A DNA stretch of 32,000 bases from Meiothermus sp. CFH 77666 (lineage in GTDB: Bacteria; Deinococcota; Deinococci; Deinococcales; Thermaceae): contig NZ_JAGDFV010000008.1 in the NCBI RefSeq assembly GCF_017497985.1, positions 9,869-41,868 on the forward strand, in the 5' to 3' direction. Shown piece after piece: positions 7,909-15,429 of the stretch. The first letter of the stretch is position 1. Every line of letters begins with the position of its first letter. The notes beneath the pieces are model-generated. The model saw only the letters and a program-made list of their open reading frames with translations. It was not told where the DNA came from and made no database searches. The translations under genes were made by a program, and so were the position numbers.

Positions 7909-9780
7909 ATGTTGCCGCTCAAAGAAGACGATACCTACGCTGTTTTGTCGGATCAGGGAATGGCCGATAAGGACGAACGCGGCTTCTACCGCCACGATAC
8001 CCGCTACCTCTCCCGGTATTTGTGGAACTTACCTGGCTTTAGCCTGCTGGTTTCACATACGCCGCGCCCGGATCGTCTGGTGCAGCATTGGAGCCTGATT
8101 GTGGGGCCCGACCAGCTGGTGGGGGTGCGGCGGGAGTTACAGATTACGCGGGGCGGCTTTAGCGAACGGCTCGAGCTGGAGAACACCTCGCTGAAGCCCC
8201 AGACGGTGGAGGTGGCCCTCGAGGCCGCGGCTGACTTCGCCGACCTGTTTGAGGCCAAGGGCTGGTACAAGGTCTCGCGCAAAATCCAGGGCTTTGAATA
8301 TACCGCCCCGGATGGCCTGCGGGTGGCGACCCATCTCACCCCCAACCCCCTCCCGGCACAGGAACACGCCACCGGGGACAACGCAAAAACCTACACCTGG
8401 AAGTGGACCCTTGCGCCAAAAGAGAAGGCCGTGCTAACCCTGGAAGGCCGCCTCGAGAGCCCCTTTGAACCCCACACTCCAGCCCTCCCCAGCTATGAAA
8501 ACTGGCAGAAGCGTTTCCCGCTTCGCATGGAGAGCGGGCGCAGTCAGCGGGTTCTGGAACAGGCCATTACCGATCTGCGGGCCCTGCTGTTCTCGCTGCC
8601 CGAGGGGCTTTTCCCGGCGGCGGGCATCCCCTGGTATGTCTGCCCTTTTGGTCGCGACTCCCTGCTGACGGCCTACATGATGCAGCCCTGGGCCAGCGAG
8701 GTCACCCAGGGGGTGCTCTACTATCTGGCCAGATACCAGGGTACTGAAGTGAATGCCTTTCTAGACGAAACCCCCGGCAAGATTATCCACGAGATGCGCC
8801 TGGGCGAACTCTCCCGCACCGGAAAGGTGCCTTTTGCACGCTACTATGGCACGGTAGATGCAACCCCGCTTTTTGTGGTACTGCTGCACCGTTACTGGAA
8901 AGACTCCGGCGACCTGGCCCTGGTACAGACACTGAGGCCCCACTGGGAGGCCGCCCTCACCTGGATGACCGACTACGCCGACCCCGACCAGGATGGCTTT
9001 CTGGAGTACGCCCCCAACACCGACCGGGGCCATGTGGTGCAGTCCTGGAAGGATTCGCACGACTCACAAAGCCACCAGGATGGCTCGCTGGCCCAGGGCG
9101 CCATTGCGGTCTGTGAGGTGCAGGGCTATGCCTATATGGCCTACCAGGCGGCGGCGGAGCTTTACCAGGCGCTTTCGCAAAACAGCCATGCCGAGGCCTG
9201 GGAAGCCAGGGCCCAGGCCCTCAAAACCCGTTTTCACCAGCAGTTCTGGCTGCCGGAACTCCAAACCTACGCAGCCGGCCTGGACGGTGCGAAAAAGCCC
9301 ATGGCCATCCTCACCTCCAACCCCGGTCATCTGCTGTGGAGCGGTATCGTGCCAGACGAGGTCGCGCCCCAACTGGTTCAGACCCTGTTCTCCGAGACGC
9401 TTTACAGTGGCTGGGGGGTGCGAACCCTGGGCGCGGATGAGGTGCGCTATAACCCCCTCTCGTACCATAACGGCTCGGTCTGGCCGCACGACAACGCCCT
9501 GTTTATCGGCGGACTGGTGCGATATGGCTTTTACCAGGAAGCCCTGCGAGCTGCCGAGAACCTGTTCCGCCTGGCCATGACCCAGCACGACTGGCGCCTG
9601 CCGGAGCTGGTGGGGGGCTATCCCAGGCAGGAGGGGGAGCCCCCGGTGCCATACCCGGCTTCCTGCAGGCCGCAAGCCTGGGATGCGGCGGCGGTGGTGT
9701 ACATGCTGCGCTTGATCCAGGAAATAGACCGCAAGCACCCGGTGCGGGGGCTGCTCGAGCTGCACAGGGTAAAGGTCTAA
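7909..9780 (+). CDS. Amylo-alpha-1,6-glucosidase / glycogen-debranching-enzyme family protein
   Basis: GDE-type motifs (AGIPWYVCPFGRDSL, SWKDSHD). ATG 7909 is preferred because a GAGGT Shine-Dalgarno sequence lies 6 nt upstream. The ORF track starts at 7879. Confidence 0.85.
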   Translation: MLPLKEDDTYAVLSDQGMADKDERGFYRHDTRYLSRYLWNLPGFSLLVSHTPRPDRLVQHWSLIVGPDQLVGVRRELQITRGGFSERLELENTSLKPQTVEVALEAAADFADLFEAKGWYKVSRKIQGFEYTAPDGLRVATHLTPNPLPAQEHATGDNAKTYTWKWTLAPKEKAVLTLEGRLESPFEPHTPALPSYENWQKRFPLRMESGRSQRVLEQAITDLRALLFSLPEGLFPAAGIPWYVCPFGRDSLLTAYMMQPWASEVTQGVLYYLARYQGTEVNAFLDETPGKIIHEMRLGELSRTGKVPFARYYGTVDATPLFVVLLHRYWKDSGDLALVQTLRPHWEAALTWMTDYADPDQDGFLEYAPNTDRGHVVQSWKDSHDSQSHQDGSLAQGAIAVCEVQGYAYMAYQAAAELYQALSQNSHAEAWEARAQALKTRFHQQFWLPELQTYAAGLDGAKKPMAILTSNPGHLLWSGIVPDEVAPQLVQTLFSETLYSGWGVRTLGADEVRYNPLSYHNGSVWPHDNALFIGGLVRYGFYQEALRAAENLFRLAMTQHDWRLPELVGGYPRQEGEPPVPYPASCRPQAWDAAAVVYMLRLIQEIDRKHPVRGLLELHRVKV

Positions 9781-9983
9781 GTGCTTCCGCGATAGAAATA
9801 CCATGCTGCTCAACGGAAGTGCGAATTCTGGGGTTTGCATCGGCGCGGCTTCGTGAATCACCCTTTCCTTACCCATTACGTTTCTATCGCGGAGATACTT
9901 GGCGCGATTTCTGGCCAGGTGCTCCCTGGGAACACGACAAATGCCTCCTTAATGCTCACCGGACAGGGGTAGACTGGGGTGCC

Positions 9984-10754
9984 ATGCGTGTACTGGCTGT
10001 TTTCGCTCACCCCGACGACGAATCGTTTTTTTGCGCTGGAACCTTAACCAAGCTGGCCTCGCAGGGCCACGAGGTGTACCTGATTTGTGCAACTCGAGGC
10101 GAGCAGGGCCGCATCCGGCATCCCGCTATTGATGAAACGCGCTACCCCAAAGGGGAGGCCAGGGGTCGGCTGCGCGAGAAGGAGCTCGAGGCCGCCTGCA
10201 CTATTCTGGGCCTACGCCCGCCCATTCTGCTGGACTACCAGGACTCCGGCTATCCGCTCGAGGTGGCCCAGGCCAACCCCCAGGGCTTCATGCACCAGGA
10301 CCTGCAGCAGGTGGAGGACGTTTTACTGGCGCACATCGCCCAGATCCGCCCCCAGGTGATGATTGGCTTTGACCCGCAGGGCTACTACGGGCATGCAGAC
10401 CACATTCACCTGCACCGGGCTACCCTGGGGGCGTTCTGGCGGGCGGGCAACGTGATGGCCGACCCTCCCAGGTATCTGCTGTTCCCCGTCCGCCTCAAGG
10501 AGCAGGTAGCCAGAACCAGGTTTGACCCCGAGCGCTATGGGGTCTCGGCCTGCTCGGTAGCGCTGCGGGTGGATGTGCGACCCTATGCCGAGACCATCCG
10601 GGCCGCGGTGCTGGCCCATGCCTCGCAGGCCGGGCCGGAGGAAAACTTCGCTCAGGTTCTGCAAGACTGGCCGGGGTTGCTCGAGGAGGAGTGCTTTGTG
10701 CTGGGGGGTGTTCGGGGGCTTGCTGTGGAGGATTTATGGGGGTTGCAAGTGTAG
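9984..10754 (+). CDS. PIG-L/LmbE family deacetylase
   Basis: MRVLAVFAHPDDES... (AHPDDE motif) plus HADHIHLH. The N-terminal extension back to 9819 is rejected. Confidence 0.85.
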   Translation: MRVLAVFAHPDDESFFCAGTLTKLASQGHEVYLICATRGEQGRIRHPAIDETRYPKGEARGRLREKELEAACTILGLRPPILLDYQDSGYPLEVAQANPQGFMHQDLQQVEDVLLAHIAQIRPQVMIGFDPQGYYGHADHIHLHRATLGAFWRAGNVMADPPRYLLFPVRLKEQVARTRFDPERYGVSACSVALRVDVRPYAETIRAAVLAHASQAGPEENFAQVLQDWPGLLEEECFVLGGVRGLAVEDLWGLQV

Positions 10755-10808
10755 AACTGCCTTGGCATTAGGCCTTGCAGGTGCTACCCTCAACGTCTGG
10801 CGCTGGCT

Positions 10809-12089
10809 ATGAACTACCGGGCCGTTATGCAGCAACTCTCCTTCCTGCCCGACCTGTACCTGGTGGGGGGAGCGGTGCGCGACATATTGCTGGGCCTCGA
10901 GCCCGAAGACCTGGACTTTGCTACCTCTGCACCGCCCGAAGAAACCCTGCGCCTGGCCCAAACCCATGGCCTCGAGGCCATTCCTACTGGCATAGAGCAC
11001 GGCACCGTCACGGTGCTGATTGACCGCCACCCCTACGAGGTCACCACTTTTCGGCGCGACGTCGAAACCTTTGGGCGCAAGGCCAGGGTTCAGTGGGGGC
11101 AGAGCATCGAAGAAGACCTGGCCCGGCGCGACTTCACCATCGGCGCCATTGCCATGGATGCCGAGGGGCGGGTGATTGACCCCTACGGGGGGCAGCAGGA
11201 CATCGAGGCGGGGGTGCTGCGGGCGGTGGGCGACCCCGGCCAGCGTTTCCGCGAGGACTACCTGCGGGTGATCCGGGCGGGCCGGTTTGCGGCGCGGTAT
11301 GGCTTCGAGATTGAGAAAAATACCCTGCAAGCAGCATGGCAGGCGGCCCCGGAAGTGCTTTCGCATGTAGCCATCGAGCGCGTAACCGCCGAGTTTGATA
11401 AGGCCTTCCAGAACGGAACACCCAGCCGCTTTGTGCGCTATCTGTACGACCTGGAAATCCTGCAGCGCCTGATTCCCGAGTTTGAAGATACCCACCTGCT
11501 CTTGCAAAACCCCCGCTGGCACCCCGAGGGGGATGTGCTGACCCACGTGCTTCAGGTGGTTGACCGGGCCCCGCCCAACATCCGCTGGCACGCCCTCCTG
11601 CACGACATCGGCAAGAAAGACACCGCCCGCTGGAAGCCCGAGGGCTGGTACAGCTTTCATGGTCACGAGCGGGTAGGGGCCGCGCTGATTCCCCGCATCG
11701 CCCGCGAACTGCGCCTGCCCAACCACCTGCGCGACGAGCTGGTGGTGACCACGGCTTTACACATGGTGCCGGTCTTTACCAAGCCTACGCCAGCCGCCAT
11801 TCGCAAGTTCCAGGCCAAGGCCGGGCCATATTTGCCCGCCTTGAAAGCCCTGTACGAGGCTGATGGAGGCGAGCGTCGGCCCCTAGAGTCCTGGCAGTTT
11901 TTTGAGCCGCAGCCGGTGCCAATCAGGCCGGTTTTGCTGGGACGCCACCTAATTGCGCGGGGCCACAAGCCGGGAAAGGCGTTCAGCCGGATGCTCGAGG
12001 CCGCCTACGAATGGCAACTGGAAACCGGCGAGACCGATATTGAAAAGCTCTACCAGGCGGCCCTGAAGGGTTTGGCCAAGGAAACCTGA
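10809..12089 (+). CDS. cca: CCA-adding tRNA nucleotidyltransferase with HD domain
   Basis: GGAVRDILLG...DLDF polymerase-beta motif, RRDFTI, and an HD region (HPEGDVLTH, LLHDIGK). Confidence 0.85.
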   Translation: MNYRAVMQQLSFLPDLYLVGGAVRDILLGLEPEDLDFATSAPPEETLRLAQTHGLEAIPTGIEHGTVTVLIDRHPYEVTTFRRDVETFGRKARVQWGQSIEEDLARRDFTIGAIAMDAEGRVIDPYGGQQDIEAGVLRAVGDPGQRFREDYLRVIRAGRFAARYGFEIEKNTLQAAWQAAPEVLSHVAIERVTAEFDKAFQNGTPSRFVRYLYDLEILQRLIPEFEDTHLLLQNPRWHPEGDVLTHVLQVVDRAPPNIRWHALLHDIGKKDTARWKPEGWYSFHGHERVGAALIPRIARELRLPNHLRDELVVTTALHMVPVFTKPTPAAIRKFQAKAGPYLPALKALYEADGGERRPLESWQFFEPQPVPIRPVLLGRHLIARGHKPGKAFSRMLEAAYEWQLETGETDIEKLYQAALKGLAKET

Positions 12090-12251
12090 TCCCAGGTTGC
12101 AGACGGTGCGCTTCCAAGCTGTGCCAGATTGAGTGTGTCTAATTCCTCAGAGCCTGTCTGCCAAGCGGCCCGATAAAAGGTGGAGAAATGAAATTGCCCA
12201 ACGCCCTGGCGTCTCAGCCTTTGGCTTTGGGCTTTCGGCTATTCTTTGGGT

Positions 12252-12971
12252 ATGTCTATTCCGGTGATCTTTCTCCACGCCTTTCCTTACAGCCCGGCCA
12301 TGTGGGAGGGACAGCTCGAGGTCGTGAAGGGGCATCCCGTCCTGGTGCCTGAGATTTTGGGTTACGAGAGCCTGGAAAGTGCGGCGGCCCATGTGCTGGT
12401 GGAAATGGACAACCGGGGCTGGGAGAAGGCGGTGTTTGTAGGGCTTTCGATGGGGGGCTACGTGATGTTCCGCTTGTGGAATTTGGAGCCCGAGCGCTTC
12501 CTTGGGATGGTGCTGGCCGATACCCGGGCCACCCCCGACACCCCTGAACAAAAAGCGGCCCGGGCCCAGATGGCCTTGCGAATTCAGCAGGAAGGAACGG
12601 GTTTTTTGCCCGAGGCCTTGTTGCCGGGCCACCTTGGCGAGAGCACGCGCACCCGGAACCCGGCTTTGGTGGAGCAGGTGCGCCAGACCCTGCTGGCTGC
12701 CGAGCCGGCCAAGACCATTGCCAGCCTCAAAGGGCTGGCCGAGCGCCCCGACTCGGTACCGTTGCTGCCGGATATTGCGGTTCCGGCGCTGATACTGGTA
12801 GGGGAAGAGGACACCCTGACCCCTCCCGCCGATGCACGGCAGATGGCTGCACAAATTCCCGATAGCCGGATGCTCCTAATTCCCCAGGCGGGCCATCTGG
12901 CCAACCTGGAGAACCCCAAAGCCTTCAACACCGCTCTACGGGGCTTTCTGCGTGAGCTGGAGGGGCACTGA
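12252..12971 (+). CDS. Alpha/beta hydrolase
   Basis: Nucleophile elbow GLSMGG. C-terminal His region (AGHLANLENP). ATG at 12252. Confidence 0.85.
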   Translation: MSIPVIFLHAFPYSPAMWEGQLEVVKGHPVLVPEILGYESLESAAAHVLVEMDNRGWEKAVFVGLSMGGYVMFRLWNLEPERFLGMVLADTRATPDTPEQKAARAQMALRIQQEGTGFLPEALLPGHLGESTRTRNPALVEQVRQTLLAAEPAKTIASLKGLAERPDSVPLLPDIAVPALILVGEEDTLTPPADARQMAAQIPDSRMLLIPQAGHLANLENPKAFNTALRGFLRELEGH

Positions 12972-13032
12972 GCACACCGTTGTAGAGATGTCCATACACC
13001 TCCAGGTTTCTCGGAGGTATTGATCTCTAGTC

Positions 13033-13055
13033 CCCTCCCTACCGCGTAGGGAGGG
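13033..13055. repeat. REP-like GC hairpin (10-bp perfect stem, 3-nt loop)
   Basis: CCCTCCCTAC-CGC-GTAGGGAGGG. It lies 5 nt from the proposed left junction of the IS110 element. Confidence 0.6.
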
Positions 13056-13068
13056 CGGGGAGGGTATT

Positions 13069-13310
13069 GGGCGAAGCCCTCAACCGCTCAACTACACGAA
13101 GGTGCTGCTCCACAACCCCACCCAACCTCCCCTTATATCTTAGTAACGGGCAAGGCGTAGTAGACCGTCCTCCCCTGAGTTCCCAGAGAACGCTTTGTAG
13201 CATGGGTCACTACGCCTCCACCCTTTCCAGCATAAACCCGAACAGTTGCTAGAGAACCATCTCGCATCATAAGGCTGGGTTCCTTGGAAAGTGCCTGAGC
13301 GGAGGGGGGT
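13069..13310 (+). ncRNA. Candidate IS110 bridge (seek) RNA in the 5-prime non-coding end
   Basis: About 240 nt of non-coding sequence upstream of the recombinase. Long stem of 13153-13165 with 13204-13216 (12 bp, one bulge). Call made by analogy to published IS110-group elements only. Confidence 0.3.
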
Positions 13311-14273
13311 ATGCATCAAGTACCCGGAGTCTACATTGGCATCGATGTGAGCAAGGATCGCCTGGAGGTGGCCGTGGAGGGTAGCTCAGCAAGCCTGGCC
13401 TGCCATAACCGTGAGGCTGAGATTGCTGCCCTGGTAGAGCAGCTGGTGCGGCTTCAGCCCCAGCGGGTGGTGTGTGAAGCCACCGGGGGCTATGAGCTGA
13501 ACCTGGTGCTGGCCGCCGTGGAGGCGGGTCTGCCGCTGGTGGTGGCCAACCCCCGGCAGGTGAGGGATTATGCCAGAGCCACCGGGCAACGCGCCAAGAC
13601 CGACCGGCTGGACGCGCAGGTGCTGGCCCGCTACGCCCGGGTGGTAGCGCCCCCGCTGCGACCCCTACCCGAGGCCCAGACCCGCGAGTTGGAGGCCTGG
13701 GTGACCCGTCGTCGGCAGGTGGTGGGGCTCTTGGCGATGGAGAAACAACGCCTGCTCCAGGCCCGTACCCCCGCCCTCCGGGCCAGCCTGGAGGGTCTGA
13801 TCCAGCGACTGCAGGAGGAGGTGCGCACCCTCAACCAGCGCATCCAGGCCCTGATCGAGCAACACCAAGCCTGGAGCGAGCGCAAGCGCCTGCTGACCTC
13901 GGTCAAAGGCATCGGCGAGACCATCGCCGCTGTGCTGCTGGCCGAACTGCCGGAACTGGGCCGACTCAACCCCAAGCCGATCGCGGCCCTGGCCGGTCTG
14001 GCCCCCTTCAACTTTGACAGCGGGCAGCTTCGCGGGCAGCGGCACGTCTACGGGGGACGGGCCTCGGTGCGTTGCGCCCTCTATCAGGCCGCCCAGGTAG
14101 CCTGCCGCTTCGAGCCGTACATGCAGCACCTGTACCAACGTTTCATGGCTCAGCACAAGCCCCACAAGGTCGCCATCACCGCCTGTGCCCGGCACTTGCT
14201 GGTGATGCTCAATGCCATGCTGCGGGATGGTCAACCCTGGAATCCCCCGCCCATTCCTGCACAGGCTGCTTGA
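13311..14273 (+). CDS. IS110 family transposase/recombinase (DEDD RuvC-like N-terminus plus Tnp C-terminus)
   Basis: MHQVPGVYIGIDVSKDRLEV... N-terminus. LTSVKGIGETIAAVLLAE helix-hairpin-helix-like C-domain. GGAGGGGGG Shine-Dalgarno sequence. Confidence 0.9.
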   Translation: MHQVPGVYIGIDVSKDRLEVAVEGSSASLACHNREAEIAALVEQLVRLQPQRVVCEATGGYELNLVLAAVEAGLPLVVANPRQVRDYARATGQRAKTDRLDAQVLARYARVVAPPLRPLPEAQTRELEAWVTRRRQVVGLLAMEKQRLLQARTPALRASLEGLIQRLQEEVRTLNQRIQALIEQHQAWSERKRLLTSVKGIGETIAAVLLAELPELGRLNPKPIAALAGLAPFNFDSGQLRGQRHVYGGRASVRCALYQAAQVACRFEPYMQHLYQRFMAQHKPHKVAITACARHLLVMLNAMLRDGQPWNPPPIPAQAA

Positions 14274-14394
14274 CTTTCAATACAGTTGCTACACGGTAGG
14301 GGAGGAACGAAAGGGCGTCTGCTACGGCTTTTGCCAGAACATACAGCATTGTACGTGCCAAAATGGGCGGCTCTGCAAGGGTATTTGTACGACT

Positions 14395-15429
14395 AGGCTT
14401 TTATCATAAGCACATATCAAATCTGTCTCCATCCCTAGTCCGTTGCCGCATCTAGCCCAGATACCCGATTCCCGCGAGTTCCTGAAAACGCAACATCGCT
14501 GGCAAGACCTGCTGCTGATCTGCTTGATGGCGGTGGGGGCTGGGCGACACAACATCCCGGCCATCAGCCAGTGGCTGAAAGACCATCGCGCTTTCCTGCT
14601 CAACCAGGTATCCGTACCCGCCTGGGCCAGCGGAAGCTACCGGCCCAGGCCACCCTCTACCGTTGCTTCCAGTCCCTCTCAAAGCAGCTCGACGCCCTCC
14701 AGTCCGCCTTGCTTGACTGGGCCCAGGAGGTATGGCAGACCCTGTTTGCCCCTGGCTGAACAGGCCCGCCAGGGCTCTGTCCCGACAGGGGATCGTCCTG
14801 TCGCTGCGGATGGGAAACACCTGCGGGGTACCCGGCGCATCCGGCAAGGGGAAGAGGCGCTGGTCTTTTTGTCAGCTTTGGTTTAGGGGCTGGGGCTCTC
14901 CCTGGGCAGCCAGGCGGTTGTTGCCGGTGAGGCAGCGGCGGCGCATGGACGGGTGGTACGCATGGAGGGGCTGGGGGTGGACTGGATACTGACGGGGGAT
15001 GCCGCTTTGTGCAACCCGGAGCTGGCTGCAGCGGTGGTGGAGCGAAAGGGGGAAGAGAACCAGGCGAAGCTCTAGGGACTGATCTGGTGGGCTATTGCCA
15101 GCTACCAGACCACGGATCAACACATCCAGCACCAGGTACGGAGGGATGCAACAGAGGGTTGTGGCAAGAATACCGGGGAGCTACGGGAGGAGACCGCCTA
15201 TGCGCTGACCCGTCTGTGGGGGGGACATTGGGAGGTGGAGAACCACCTACACCACAAGCGAGACACGGTGTTGGGAAGCTGCAAGGGGGCGGTGGGGTTG
15301 ATGTACTTACGGGATGTCATCCTGAGCCTCTTGCATCTCAAAAAGTGGCCGGTGTTGCGCACGGTTAGAAAGTTCTCGGCAAATCCTAAGGCTCTACTCA
15401 AGTTAATTCGAGGGTTGTGATAAAAGCCT
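14395..15429 (+). mobile_element. Decayed ISAs1-family insertion sequence
   Basis: 15-bp terminal inverted repeats AGGCTTTTATCATAA (14395-14409) and TTGTGATAAAAGCCT (15415-15429), 14/15 matching. No flanking target duplication. Confidence 0.8.
14443..15420 (+). pseudogene. ISAs1-family (H-repeat-type) transposase pseudogene
   Basis: Recognisable blocks: IPDSREFLKTQHRWQDLLLICLMAV, VAADGKHLRGT, ILTGDAALC, HWEVENHLHHKRD. They are split over frames by two frameshifts (about 14600 and 14760) and in-frame TAG codons at 14884 and 15073. The region between the third and fourth blocks is shortened. Confidence 0.85.

Larger units (their letters stand above)
13069..14385 (+). mobile_element. IS110-family insertion sequence (boundaries tentative)
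   Basis: Intact transposase ORF. The 8-nt identity AGGGTATT at 13061-13068 and 14378-14385 would bracket a roughly 1.3-kb element. Lower GC than the flanks. Confidence 0.55.

Noticed and set aside
9819-9983. N-terminal extensions offered by the ORF track: PIG-L from 9819, lutB from 29135, lutA from 29716, rhodanese from 21077, tauE from 20628, nucleotidyltransferase from 2778, metallopeptidase from 125
   Set aside because: Family-typical N-termini begin at internal ATG codons (MRVLAVFAHPDDE, MKVAANQY, MKVALFITC, MFDVFPNE, MYLAWIG, MKGLILAAG, MTYEAF). These often have a Shine-Dalgarno sequence or stop/start coupling. The extensions overlap upstream genes or repeats.
12188-12251. Upstream ATG at 12188 as the start of the alpha/beta hydrolase
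   Set aside because: It is in a different reading frame from the hydrolase ORF and terminates after about 55 codons of non-coding-like sequence.
13241-14290. Shared 10-mer ACAGTTGCTA (about 13243 and about 14281) as the IS110 boundaries
   Set aside because: It would give an element of only about 1.05 kb, with just 68 nt before the transposase. That is shorter than IS110-family members, so the AGGGTATT pair fits better. Neither pair is proven.
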